The notes beneath the pieces are model-generated. The model was not told the origin of the DNA and ran no database searches. It saw only the letters and a list, made by a program, of their open reading frames with translations. Below, in pieces: positions 1 through 9,324 of a stretch of 64,000 nt of DNA (position 1 is the first letter of the stretch; each line of letters opens with the position of its first letter). Both the position numbers and the translations under genes were made by a program. Source of the stretch: Methanomassiliicoccales archaeon (GTDB taxonomy: Archaea; Thermoplasmatota; Thermoplasmata; Methanomassiliicoccales; UBA472); assembly GCA_026394375.1 (NCBI GenBank), contig JAPKYJ010000024.1, positions 35,259-99,258 on the forward strand, read 5' to 3'.

Positions 1-257
1 TGTGCACCATCGGGGTCTTCGACCGCAGCTATACCTACGCCGAGAGCGGGACGATATGCGGAGAGGTGCGCAATTCGCTCTTCTCCCTGGCCAAGGACGT
101 GCACGTCAAGGGATACATCGGCGGTCTGGGTGGTAGAGATATCACCGAAGCTGACCTAGAACGCATCTTCGACGACCTTCTAGCGATATCTCACCAAGGC
201 AAGGTGGACCGAGATATGCAATGGATCGCGCTGCGGGACGGCAGCCTGAGGTGGTGA
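1..257 (+). CDS. porA: 2-oxoacid:ferredoxin oxidoreductase alpha subunit, 3' part (5'-truncated by window edge)
   Basis: Open frame from base 3: CTIGVFDRSYTYAESGTICGEVRNSLF...YIGGLGGRDIT, the typical PorA C-terminus; directly upstream of porB. Confidence 0.8.
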   Translation, partial: CTIGVFDRSYTYAESGTICGEVRNSLFSLAKDVHVKGYIGGLGGRDITEADLERIFDDLLAISHQGKVDRDMQWIALRDGSLRW

Positions 258-258
258 G

Positions 259-1140
259 ATGCCCAAGTTCACCATTCCCAAGGAAGAGCTGGAGTGCAAG
301 GGCCACAGCGGCTGCGCCGGATGCGGCGCCACCCTTCTGGCCCGCTACACCCTGAAGGCCCTGGGGCCGAGGACCATCATCAACGTCCCCGCCTGCTGCT
401 GGTCGGTGGTGCAGGGCGTATGGCCTCGAGCGGCGCTTAAGGTGCCGGTCATCGACCACGCTTTCGAATGCACGGGGGCGGTGTCATCGGGCATCAGAGC
501 AGCGCTGGACATCAAAGGCATCGAGGACGTCAACGTGGTCGGCTGGGCCGGGGACGGAGGCACGGTGGACATCGGGTTGCAAGCGCTTTCAGGGGCTGTG
601 GACCGGGGCACGGACATGATCTACATCATGTACGACAACGAGGCCTACATGAACACCGGCATCCAGAGGAGCGGCTGCACACCCTTGTACGCCTGGACGA
701 ACACCACTCCCGGCGGTCCGAACGGCGAATGGAACCTGGTGCCCAAGAAACGCATCATGGAGATGCTGGTCGCGAACGGCATAGTCTACGGGGCGACGGT
801 GAGCATCGCCTATCCCGAGGACCTCATCGCCAAGCTGCGCAAAGCTAAGCAGATCAAGGGGCCGAAGTTCATCCACGCCCTTTCTTCTTGTCCGTCCGGC
901 TGGAAGATCGATCCCTCGAAATCCATAGAGATGGCCCGCCTGGCCACGCTCACAGGCATCTTCCCTCTCTACGAGGTCGAGCACGGCAAGTACGCTCTGT
1001 CCAAGGACCTGAAATCGAAGCCGGTGGAGGAATACCTGAAACCTCAGGGAAGGTTCAAACACCTCACCCCCGAGATGATAGCCGAAATCCAGAAGAAGGC
1101 CGACGAGGATTACGCCGCGCTCAAATCGAAGTGCGAGTAG
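259..1140 (+). CDS. porB: 2-oxoacid:ferredoxin oxidoreductase beta subunit (TPP-binding)
   Basis: GHSGCAGCG, GDGGTVDIG and YDNEAYMNTGIQRS motifs. Confidence 0.9.
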   Translation: MPKFTIPKEELECKGHSGCAGCGATLLARYTLKALGPRTIINVPACCWSVVQGVWPRAALKVPVIDHAFECTGAVSSGIRAALDIKGIEDVNVVGWAGDGGTVDIGLQALSGAVDRGTDMIYIMYDNEAYMNTGIQRSGCTPLYAWTNTTPGGPNGEWNLVPKKRIMEMLVANGIVYGATVSIAYPEDLIAKLRKAKQIKGPKFIHALSSCPSGWKIDPSKSIEMARLATLTGIFPLYEVEHGKYALSKDLKSKPVEEYLKPQGRFKHLTPEMIAEIQKKADEDYAALKSKCE

Positions 1141-1162
1141 GGGAGGACGACCGCTGCCGGAT

Positions 1163-2962
1163 ATGAATGAGATAGACCGCAAGCTGCTCCTCGGGAACGA
1201 AGCGATCGCCAGGGGGTGCGTGGAAGCCGGAGTATCGGTGGCCACCACCTATCCGGGAGCGCCATCCTCCGAGATCGGCCTGATCATGGACGAGACCTCT
1301 GAAGAGTTCGGGTTCTACTTCGAATATTCCACCAACGAGAAAGTGGCCATGGAGACCGCGGCCGCCGCGGCAGCTAGCGGACTGCGTTCCTTCGTGTTCA
1401 TGAAGCACGTGGGAGTGAACGTCGCCAGCGATGCTTTGATGAGCCTGGGATACACCGGCGTGCGCGGAGGCATGGTGGTGCTGAGCGCTGACGACCCCTC
1501 GCTCCACTCCAGCCAGAACGAACAGGACAACCGCTACTATGCTCGTCTAGCGAATCTCCCGATGCTTGAGCCTTCCACACCGGCCGAGGCGAAGGAGATG
1601 GCCATTGCGGGTTTCGAGATCTCCGAGGAGCTGGGCTGCCCGGTCTTCCTGCGCACCACCACCAGGGTGAACCACACCCGGGGAGTGGTGCCCATAGGTT
1701 CGGCCGCACCAGTGAAGAGGAAAGGCCATTTCGACAAGGACCCTCAGCGCTTCGTGCCCGTGCCCAGCTTCGCCAGGAAGATGAGATTGCAGCTGCTGGA
1801 ACGGATGGCGCAGGCCCGGCTGCTCACCGAGAGGTGCCGTTTCAACTTCGCTCACGGTTCCGGAAAGGTGGGGGTGGTGGCGAGCGGGATAGCCTATGCC
1901 TACGCCCGCGAGTTCATCTACGGCTCAGAGATCCTCAAGCTGGGCATGACCAACCCGTTGCCGGAGAAGATGATAGCGGAGTTCCTCGGGGGCAAGAAGA
2001 GGGTGATCGTTCTGGAGGAACTGGAACCCCTCTTGGAGAACGATGTGTTGTGCATCGCCAAGGATGCCAATCCAGCCGTCGAGGTCATCGGCAAACGCTC
2101 CGGTCATCTGCCTAAGGCGTTCGAGTATACGCCGGAGACGCTGCTACCCTTGGCCGAGCTGGTGGAGGTGACGAAAGGTCAGAGACCGGTAGAAACGGGT
2201 CAGTTGACCGCTCCCTCTCGACCACCGGTGCTTTGCGCCGGCTGTCCTCACCGAGCTTCTTTCTACGCCGTCAAATGTGCGCTAGGGGGTCAGGAAGCGG
2301 TGGTCAGCACGGACATCGGCTGCTACACCCTCGGCCTCAATCCCCCCATGAACATGGCAGACTACCTGCTGTGCATGGGATCGAGCGTAGGGGCCGCCGG
2401 AGGCTTCGCCGAGGCCACGGACCAGAAGGTGGTGGCGTTCATCGGGGATTCGACCCTATTCCATTCGGGCATACCGGGCATAATCAACGCGGTCTTCAAC
2501 GATCACCGCTACTTGCTCGTCATACTGGACAACCGCACCACCGCCATGACCGGCCACCAACCTAATCCCGGGACGGGAAGGAGCGGCGGGCGGCAGACGC
2601 AACCGCTGGACATCGAGACGTTGGTCCGCGGATGTGGCGTCAAGAGCGTGACGACCGTCGATCCCTACGACATCAGGAGCACCACGGCCGCTGCCAAGGA
2701 GGCCCTGGCCAAGAACGAGCTAACGGTCATCGTGGCCCGCCGGGCGTGTCCTCTGGCCATCAAGAAGAAGGGGAAGGAAGAGAGATCGTCATATCGCGTT
2801 GATAGGGAGAAGTGCGTGTTCTGCAGGACCTGCTTCTCCAAATTCGCCTGCCCGGCCATGCGCGCTGACGGGGACAAGGCGATGATCGATAGTTCTCTCT
2901 GCATCGGTTGCGGCGCCTGCGTGGCCGTCTGTCCCAAGAACGCCATCGGGGTGAGGCAGTGA
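1163..2962 (+). CDS. iorA: Indolepyruvate:ferredoxin oxidoreductase alpha subunit
   Basis: LLGNEAIARG, NEKVAME, MKHVG, DDPSLHSSQNEQDNR, RPPVLCAGCPHR, C-terminal 2x[4Fe-4S] ferredoxin domain. Confidence 0.95.
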   Translation: MNEIDRKLLLGNEAIARGCVEAGVSVATTYPGAPSSEIGLIMDETSEEFGFYFEYSTNEKVAMETAAAAAASGLRSFVFMKHVGVNVASDALMSLGYTGVRGGMVVLSADDPSLHSSQNEQDNRYYARLANLPMLEPSTPAEAKEMAIAGFEISEELGCPVFLRTTTRVNHTRGVVPIGSAAPVKRKGHFDKDPQRFVPVPSFARKMRLQLLERMAQARLLTERCRFNFAHGSGKVGVVASGIAYAYAREFIYGSEILKLGMTNPLPEKMIAEFLGGKKRVIVLEELEPLLENDVLCIAKDANPAVEVIGKRSGHLPKAFEYTPETLLPLAELVEVTKGQRPVETGQLTAPSRPPVLCAGCPHRASFYAVKCALGGQEAVVSTDIGCYTLGLNPPMNMADYLLCMGSSVGAAGGFAEATDQKVVAFIGDSTLFHSGIPGIINAVFNDHRYLLVILDNRTTAMTGHQPNPGTGRSGGRQTQPLDIETLVRGCGVKSVTTVDPYDIRSTTAAAKEALAKNELTVIVARRACPLAIKKKGKEERSSYRVDREKCVFCRTCFSKFACPAMRADGDKAMIDSSLCIGCGACVAVCPKNAIGVRQ

Positions 2963-3564
2963 AGTACAATGTGCTCATCGTGGGCGTGGGAGGGCAAGGC
3001 GTGCTGCTCGCCTCTCGCGTGCTGGGTGAAGCAGCTTTGCGTTCTGGAGAAGAGGTCGTCATCAGCGAGGTGCATGGCATGGCGCAAAGGGGAGGGAGCG
3101 TCACGTCCGTGGTACGCTTCGGAGAGGGCGTGATCAGCCCCCTCATACCTTTGGCCGGGGCGGACGTCATCCTGGGCTTCGAGCCCCTGGAGACCTACCG
3201 GGCCATGAACTACGCTCATCAAGGCACGACCGTCATCACCGACCTGGCTCCCATCCTGCCCGCTGGAGTGGTCAGCGGGAAGGAGGTGTACCCGGCCGTG
3301 GAGGACATCATGAGCGCCATCAGACACGCCCAGGTCAAGTTGTATTCCTTCGATGCGAGCGGCGAAGCGCTGCGAGCAGGCAGCAAGCTCGCCACCAACT
3401 CAGTGCTGCTCGGAGCGCTATGCGGTTCTCGCGCTCTGCCTCTGGAGCCAAAGCTGGTAAGGGCGGTCCTGCAGGAGAGCGTGCGTGAGAAGTCCCGCGA
3501 CATGAACGGCGAGGCGTTCGACAAAGGCTTCGAATACGCCCGTGGCGCTTCGAAAGAACGATGA
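2959..3564 (+). CDS. iorB: Indolepyruvate:ferredoxin oxidoreductase beta subunit
   Basis: GVGGQGVLL and SEVHGMAQRGGSV; GTG start overlaps the iorA TGA (GTGA). Confidence 0.92.
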   Translation: MKYNVLIVGVGGQGVLLASRVLGEAALRSGEEVVISEVHGMAQRGGSVTSVVRFGEGVISPLIPLAGADVILGFEPLETYRAMNYAHQGTTVITDLAPILPAGVVSGKEVYPAVEDIMSAIRHAQVKLYSFDASGEALRAGSKLATNSVLLGALCGSRALPLEPKLVRAVLQESVREKSRDMNGEAFDKGFEYARGASKER

Positions 3565-3565
3565 C

Positions 3566-4666
3566 CTATTCGACCCGCATCATCTTCCATCTTCCCCGGC
3601 CTACCAGGACCTTCCGGTGACCGCGAAGAGAAATGTCGAGTTGAGGGTCCCCGGTGTCCACTCTCAACGTCCGAATGGTGGCGAGCTTGCTCGGCGCGGA
3701 GAGCACGACCAAGTTGTCTTGTCCGGTCATCTTGATGACCGCAGGGGAGATCTGTTGGTTCCCCCTTCCTAAGATGAACCCTTGGGAGCCGATCGGCGTG
3801 ACAACTATCTTGCTCTGAGGATGTCTGTCGAGCGCCCGCAGGATGTCCGTTTCTGTGACGTCCTTCGCCAGCATTCGCCTATTCTGGATGAGATCGACAC
3901 CCAGAAGCGTCTTCTCCAGGCCGATGCGCTGCGCCACGGCAGCCAAGGTCGTGCCAGGTCCGAGAACGTAGAGGGCGGAAGGATCAAGCTTTTCGACGAA
4001 ATACTCCGCTATCTCCTCCTTCTCCTCCTCCACGCTGAGCCCTTCCACCTCCCCTTTGATCGGCTGGACCAGTCTGCGGTCATAGGGCATGAGGAGATAC
4101 CCATAGAGCTTGGCGCTCAGCCTTCCCTGACGATAGGCTTCCTCGTCAATGTCCATGACCTCCGCTTCCCGGAGCTGGAGCTTGGTTCTCAGGTGGTTAG
4201 AGAGCAGGGCACCAGCGTCCCTAGCAGAGTTGGCGAAGACCGCGGAATGCATCTTGACCCCGGAAGGCACGCCTATCACCGGCATCGACGTGCCGATAGC
4301 ATCGAGCAGATCTCTGGCCGTGCCATCCCCTCCTGCGAACAGAAGCAACTCCGCCTTTCTATCCAAGAACCGTCCGCAAGCCTGCATCGTGTCCTTGGCA
4401 CTGGGATCATCTGGAGTGATATAGACCACTTCATGACCAATGCCCAGGGAGCTGAGCGCATTCTCCCCCATTGGCCCTCCGCACGTGATGATCTCCGCTT
4501 GCGTTAGGTCCCCGGCGGACGCCAATGCTGTTCGCATACGGTCCTCCGCCATTGGCTTCGCACCTCTATGGACAGCTTCGCGTATGACATCGTCTCCATC
4601 GGTTCCTTTGAGCCCCACGCTCCCGCCCATGCCCGCGATGGGATTGATGAGGACGGCCAAACGCAT
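3566..4666 (-). CDS. ATP-NAD kinase family protein
   Basis: NPIAGMGG, GGDGTARD, GVKMHSAVFA and GRGNQQ motifs. Confidence 0.85.
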   Translation of the reverse strand: MRLAVLINPIAGMGGSVGLKGTDGDDVIREAVHRGAKPMAEDRMRTALASAGDLTQAEIITCGGPMGENALSSLGIGHEVVYITPDDPSAKDTMQACGRFLDRKAELLLFAGGDGTARDLLDAIGTSMPVIGVPSGVKMHSAVFANSARDAGALLSNHLRTKLQLREAEVMDIDEEAYRQGRLSAKLYGYLLMPYDRRLVQPIKGEVEGLSVEEEKEEIAEYFVEKLDPSALYVLGPGTTLAAVAQRIGLEKTLLGVDLIQNRRMLAKDVTETDILRALDRHPQSKIVVTPIGSQGFILGRGNQQISPAVIKMTGQDNLVVLSAPSKLATIRTLRVDTGDPQLDISLRGHRKVLVGRGRWKMMRVE

Positions 4667-4801
4667 GCGGCTTGATTCCCTTGGTATGTAATAAGTGTGC
4701 AGCCGCGAAAGCTGTCTCTGTCCGACGTCGTTCAGATCAGAAAAGGTAGGGTGCGCGGGCCGGAATGGGCCCGCGGAGGTCTGAAAGGCAGGTGTTTCTC
4801 T

Positions 4802-5611
4802 CTAGCGCAGCATCAACGGATCGCCCAACCCTCCACCCACGTCCTTGTCATCCATCTCACCGATGGAGGCGTGGATGAGCTCTGCTTCGGGGGTGGCGAG
4901 CGGCGATAGTCCGCACATATCCTCCTCGTCGATCTTCTGCACCATCTCCTCGATCTCCGGGGTGATCTGACTGATGAACGACTCACCAATCTGCAGGCAA
5001 AGCGAGTCAATGATCTTGATGATGGAACGCTCCATCACCGCAAAGGCCTCCGAGATCGGACTGTCTCCCGCGAACTGCAGCAGACGATCGTTGTCAAGCA
5101 CCACCGTGGTCTCGGTGACCTCACGCAGCCTGCGAATGCCCTCGCTCGCCTTCTTCAACCTCTCGGTCTCGTATGAGAACGGGTTGATGGCGATCGCGAA
5201 CGTCACCGCATCAAGCTCCTTGGACACCTCGGCGATGATTGGCGCTGCCCCGGTCCCGGTGCCGCCGCCCATCCCTGCCACTATGATGACGATGTCACTG
5301 CCATCCAGGACCTGCTTGAAGGCGTCCCTCGCCCTCTCGGCGCAGTACTCCCCCACCTCGGGGAAGCCGCAAGCGCCCAAGCCTTGAGTGATGTCCTTTC
5401 CTATCAATACCTTCTTGCTCGCTTCGATACTATCCAGCTTCTTCTCGTCGGTATTGACAGCGACGGTCTCCACTCTGGTCCTGCAGTCCTCGTATATCCT
5501 TTGCACCACGTTGTTCCCGGCACCACCGCACCCAACTACCGTAATCTTGGGCTCGATCATGCCCTTGCTGAGCATCGTCACGATCTGCTCAGTTCTTGCG
5601 CTCTTGTCCAT
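4802..5611 (-). CDS. ftsZ: FtsZ/tubulin-family GTPase paralog lacking the T7 loop and C-terminal domain
   Basis: GCGGAGNN, AVNTD, GxGACGFPEVG, AGMGGGTGTGAAP signature, PFSYE, LDNDRL; homology stops before the expected GxINxDFAD motif. Confidence 0.8.
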   Translation of the reverse strand: MDKSARTEQIVTMLSKGMIEPKITVVGCGGAGNNVVQRIYEDCRTRVETVAVNTDEKKLDSIEASKKVLIGKDITQGLGACGFPEVGEYCAERARDAFKQVLDGSDIVIIVAGMGGGTGTGAAPIIAEVSKELDAVTFAIAINPFSYETERLKKASEGIRRLREVTETTVVLDNDRLLQFAGDSPISEAFAVMERSIIKIIDSLCLQIGESFISQITPEIEEMVQKIDEEDMCGLSPLATPEAELIHASIGEMDDKDVGGGLGDPLMLR

Positions 5612-5731
5612 GTCCCCAGGCCTCCCGGTCTATCTTTCAGGAACAGGTGACCTAACGGTTCGTTGAAACCGTGCACCCCATCCCTTCTGCCCAGCAACCT
5701 GCCAGACAGCCCAACTTTCGTCCTTGCCGCT

Positions 5732-6091
5732 CTAGGGGAGCATCTTGACCGCGTCCCGCGCCTCGAGCACCCTCTTCTTCATCTCTTCCAGGTACTCCGG
5801 CTTGAGGAACTCCTTCCGGACCGTCTCCTCGATCGCCCCACCGACGGAGTTGTAGACGCCTTCTCGCACCATCGCTTGGACGACGAAGAGCGCAGCCCTT
5901 GGCAGCTCCACCGTCACACGGTTGCCCATCTCCTCTGACACCGATGATACTTGTGCCCCTTCAATGAACGCGCGGATCGCCATTCGGGCGAGCTGCGATC
6001 TCGAAGCGAATTCCGGACGCTTCTCTATGAAGCTGTCCAGAAGCTCGAGGTCTTCCGGCTCTAGCCGAAGGGTTATTCTCTCTCCGTCCAT
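5732..6091 (-). CDS. Tandem ribbon-helix-helix (CopG/CdrS-like) transcription regulator
   Basis: Two RHH-like units, ERITLRL...FASRSQLARMAIR and NRVTVELP...YNSVGGAIEETVR; upstream of the ftsZ-like gene. Confidence 0.7.
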   Translation of the reverse strand: MDGERITLRLEPEDLELLDSFIEKRPEFASRSQLARMAIRAFIEGAQVSSVSEEMGNRVTVELPRAALFVVQAMVREGVYNSVGGAIEETVRKEFLKPEYLEEMKKRVLEARDAVKMLP

Positions 6092-6120
6092 TGTTCTCAC
6101 CAGTGTCCGCAGCGCAGACT

Positions 6121-6180
6121 GTCATATGAATGTCTTACCCGAATATATAAATATTTGCGTCATTGTCATACGAAGTCATA
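6121..6180 (-). promoter_or_regulatory. TATA promoter of RHH-ftsZ operon with flanking GTCATA-like repeats
   Basis: TTTATATA on the minus strand near 6144-6151; GTCATA/GTCTTA/GTCATT at 6121, 6132, 6159, 6165, 6175. Confidence 0.5.
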
Positions 6181-6293
6181 CTGAGCCGAACATTAGCCTC
6201 CCGGCACAATCACCAAAATCACGTCACGGGATGAAAAACGACCACCGAAACCCTATTTATCAGCCACCCTCATAACCGGGGAAAGGTAATCTG

Positions 6294-9176
6294 ATGGCTG
6301 ACGACTGGTCTCACATCGAGGCAAAATGGCAGGAGCAATGGTATTCCGCCAAACTCAACGAGTCGAACCCAGACGGTCGCCCCAAGTTCATGATCATCTT
6401 CGCCTATCCAGGCGTGACCGGCTATTTGCACGTCGGCCACATGCGGGGATACACCTATGTGGATTCAATCGCCCGATACAAGCGAATGACCGGATTCAAC
6501 GTGCTCTTCCCGGTTGGCACTCATGCCACAGGCAACGGCGCCATAAGTCTGGCCAAGCGCGTGCGCAACAACGACCGGCAAACCATCGAGTACCTCCTTT
6601 ACAACGGCTGCCCCGAGGACAGACTGGAGGAACTGCAGGACCCCATCAAGGTGGTCAAGTTCTTCAACGAGGTCTACGTGAACGACTACTGGCGTCGCTT
6701 TGGATTCCTGGCCGATTGGCGTCGCTTCACCTCTACCATCTATCCAGAATATGGCAAGTTCATCCAATGGCAGTTCCGCAAGTTGATGGAGAAAGGACTT
6801 CTCATCCAGAAACCGTATTTTGCGCCAGCCTGCGTGTCCTGCGGACCGGTGGCTATCGATGCTTCCGAGACCGACCTTCAACGTGGAGGCAATGCCGAGA
6901 CGCAGGAATACACCCTGCTCAAGTTCAGATGCGGCGACATGTACCTCATGGCGGCCACCCTGCGTCCGGAGACGGTCTACGGACAGACCAACTTCTGGAT
7001 CAATCCGGACGTCTATTACGCCAAAGTGAGGAAAGGGGACGATACCTGGGTCATCAGCCAACCGGCGCTGGACAAGCTTCGCTATCAGATGGACGATCTA
7101 GAACAAGTGGGCACAGTCAATGGCCGTGATCTGGTCGGGATGAAATGCATCGCGCCGGTCATCCACCGCGAGATCATGGTGCTTCCTGCTTCCTTCTGCG
7201 ACCCCAACGTGGGGACGGGACTGGTGACGAGCGTGCCCTCCGACGCACCGGACGATTGGATCGCTCTCAAGAACATCCAGGACGACCCAGAAACCATGGC
7301 CAAGTTCGGACTCGACCCTTCTGAGGTTCGGGCAATCGTTCCCATCGCCATCATCGAGACCAAAGGATGGGAGCCCCTGCCGGCCGTGGAGATCGTGGAG
7401 AGGATGGGCATCAAGAGGTCGGGGGACCTTCAGCTCCTGGAGGCGAAGAAGGAGATATACAAGGCTGGCTTCCACACCGGGAAGATGAATTCCAATTGCC
7501 AGGAGTTCGCGGGCATGCCCGTGGAGACGGCCAAGGAGAAGATCCGTGCGATGATGCTCTCGGCTGGCGAAGCGGCCCTGTTCTACGACCTTTCGGAGGA
7601 GGTCATATGCCGTTGCGGGGGCAAGGTCGTCATCCGTAAAGTCCCTGACCAATGGTTCATCGACTATGCCAATCCCCTGCTTACCTTGGAGAGCAAGGAG
7701 CAGGCCAAGAACATGCACATCATGCCCCAAGAATACTCTCAGAACATCGGCGGGGTGTTGGATTGGTTCCGGGAGAGAGCCTGCGTGAGACAGGGCAACT
7801 GGCTCGGCACACATTTCCCATTCGACGAGAAGTGGATCATCGAGGCCATTTCCGATTCCACGCTATACCCTGCATTCTACCTGATATCCCATTTCGTTTC
7901 CAGGGGCGAGGTGCAAGCGGAACAGCTGACGGAAGAGGTCTTGGACCATGTCTATCTGGGAAGGGGGCTGAGGGAGGAGGTGGCAGAGCGAAGCGGCATC
8001 GCCAGCACCACTCTGGAGGCCATGCGGGCAGAAGTGGAGTACTGGTACCCGCTGGACATCAATCTGGGTGGCAAGGAGCACATGACGGTGCATTTCCCCG
8101 CCTTCCTCATGAATCATGTAGCGATCATGGACAAGAGGCATTGGCCCCAGGGGATACTGGTCCATTGGTACATCGTTGGAAAGGGGGGGAAGATATCCAA
8201 GTCCAAGGGCGGAGCTCAACCGATACCTGGTGCGGCCGAGCGCTTCGGCGTGGACTCCATGCGCTTCTACTACACGCACATCGCCTCTCCCTTCGCGGAT
8301 GTGGAATGGGAGGAGGAGGCGGTCGAGAACTACAAGGGGCGGATCGACCGGATCATGTCCACGGTCGCCGAACTGGATCGCCTTGAGTGCCTGGAGGAGC
8401 TCACGGATGCCGATCGCTGGTTGCTCTCCCGGGCTAACACTCGCATCGTGGAAATCCACGACTGCATGAAGGACTACGACCTGCGCACCCTGGCCAATAC
8501 CATCTATTTCGAGATGTTCAACGACGTGCGCTGGTATTCCCGGCGGGGGGGCTGCAACGGCGAGGTCGCAAAACGCGTCCTGGACATATGGGTGCGCTGC
8601 ATGACCCCGATAACCCCACACCTGGCGGAGGAGCTGTGGTCGAGAATCGGATCGAAAGGACTGGTCTCTGCGGAGGAATTTCCACGAGTTCGTCTAGGTG
8701 AAGTGGATCGCCAGGCGGAGGAGGCGGAGGAGTTCCTTCGTTCGGTCTTAGATGACATCAACGAGATCCTCAAGGTCACGGGCATCAAGCCAAAGATCGT
8801 GCACCTCTACACCTCCCCAGAATGGAAATCAAGGGTATGCCTCAAAGCGCTTGACATGGCCAGAGGGAAGCATCTCAACGTGCCCAATCTCACGAAGGCG
8901 GTCATGAGCGACGAGGAGATCAAGAAGCGGGGCAAGGAGGCGGCAGACTTCGCCCGCCGAAAGGCCGAGGACCTCATGAAGCGTTCTTCGGCAGAGCTGG
9001 AAAGGCTGAGCGTTCTCTTCGACGAGGTACGCTATCTCATGGAGGCGGCCCCATTCCTGGCGGCGGAAATTGGCTGTGACATTCTCGTTCACAGAGCGGA
9101 CGATCCTGAGGCTCCGGACCCGCAGCGCAAGGCCAGGGGAGCGCAGCCCAGACGCCCTGCGATCTACATCGAGTGA
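6294..9176 (+). CDS. leuS: Leucyl-tRNA synthetase (archaeal type)
   Basis: YPGVTGYLHVGH (HIGH), ATLRPET, GTGLVTSVPSDAPDD editing domain, KISKSKG (KMSKS). Confidence 0.97.
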   Translation: MADDWSHIEAKWQEQWYSAKLNESNPDGRPKFMIIFAYPGVTGYLHVGHMRGYTYVDSIARYKRMTGFNVLFPVGTHATGNGAISLAKRVRNNDRQTIEYLLYNGCPEDRLEELQDPIKVVKFFNEVYVNDYWRRFGFLADWRRFTSTIYPEYGKFIQWQFRKLMEKGLLIQKPYFAPACVSCGPVAIDASETDLQRGGNAETQEYTLLKFRCGDMYLMAATLRPETVYGQTNFWINPDVYYAKVRKGDDTWVISQPALDKLRYQMDDLEQVGTVNGRDLVGMKCIAPVIHREIMVLPASFCDPNVGTGLVTSVPSDAPDDWIALKNIQDDPETMAKFGLDPSEVRAIVPIAIIETKGWEPLPAVEIVERMGIKRSGDLQLLEAKKEIYKAGFHTGKMNSNCQEFAGMPVETAKEKIRAMMLSAGEAALFYDLSEEVICRCGGKVVIRKVPDQWFIDYANPLLTLESKEQAKNMHIMPQEYSQNIGGVLDWFRERACVRQGNWLGTHFPFDEKWIIEAISDSTLYPAFYLISHFVSRGEVQAEQLTEEVLDHVYLGRGLREEVAERSGIASTTLEAMRAEVEYWYPLDINLGGKEHMTVHFPAFLMNHVAIMDKRHWPQGILVHWYIVGKGGKISKSKGGAQPIPGAAERFGVDSMRFYYTHIASPFADVEWEEEAVENYKGRIDRIMSTVAELDRLECLEELTDADRWLLSRANTRIVEIHDCMKDYDLRTLANTIYFEMFNDVRWYSRRGGCNGEVAKRVLDIWVRCMTPITPHLAEELWSRIGSKGLVSAEEFPRVRLGEVDRQAEEAEEFLRSVLDDINEILKVTGIKPKIVHLYTSPEWKSRVCLKALDMARGKHLNVPNLTKAVMSDEEIKKRGKEAADFARRKAEDLMKRSSAELERLSVLFDEVRYLMEAAPFLAAEIGCDILVHRADDPEAPDPQRKARGAQPRRPAIYIE

Positions 9177-9324
9177 AGTGTCCCTAATCAGAAATCAATG
9201 GCCAAGGTTTTTTATTCCAATCCGCTAGTATTTGCCCAAATCGGTCCGAGGAGACGCGGCGGGAATCGGTCGCGAATGCATCCCCTGCGCGATCGGCGGT
9301 GATCGATTCGAAGGTTGGTCCGGC

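Noticed and set aside
4667..4801. Open in-frame path from the ftsZ-like TAG to the NAD-kinase ATG (possible pyrrolysine read-through restoring FtsZ)
   Set aside because: The read-through peptide shows no FtsZ C-terminal similarity, and the spacer contains a terminator-like hairpin and a TATA-like box
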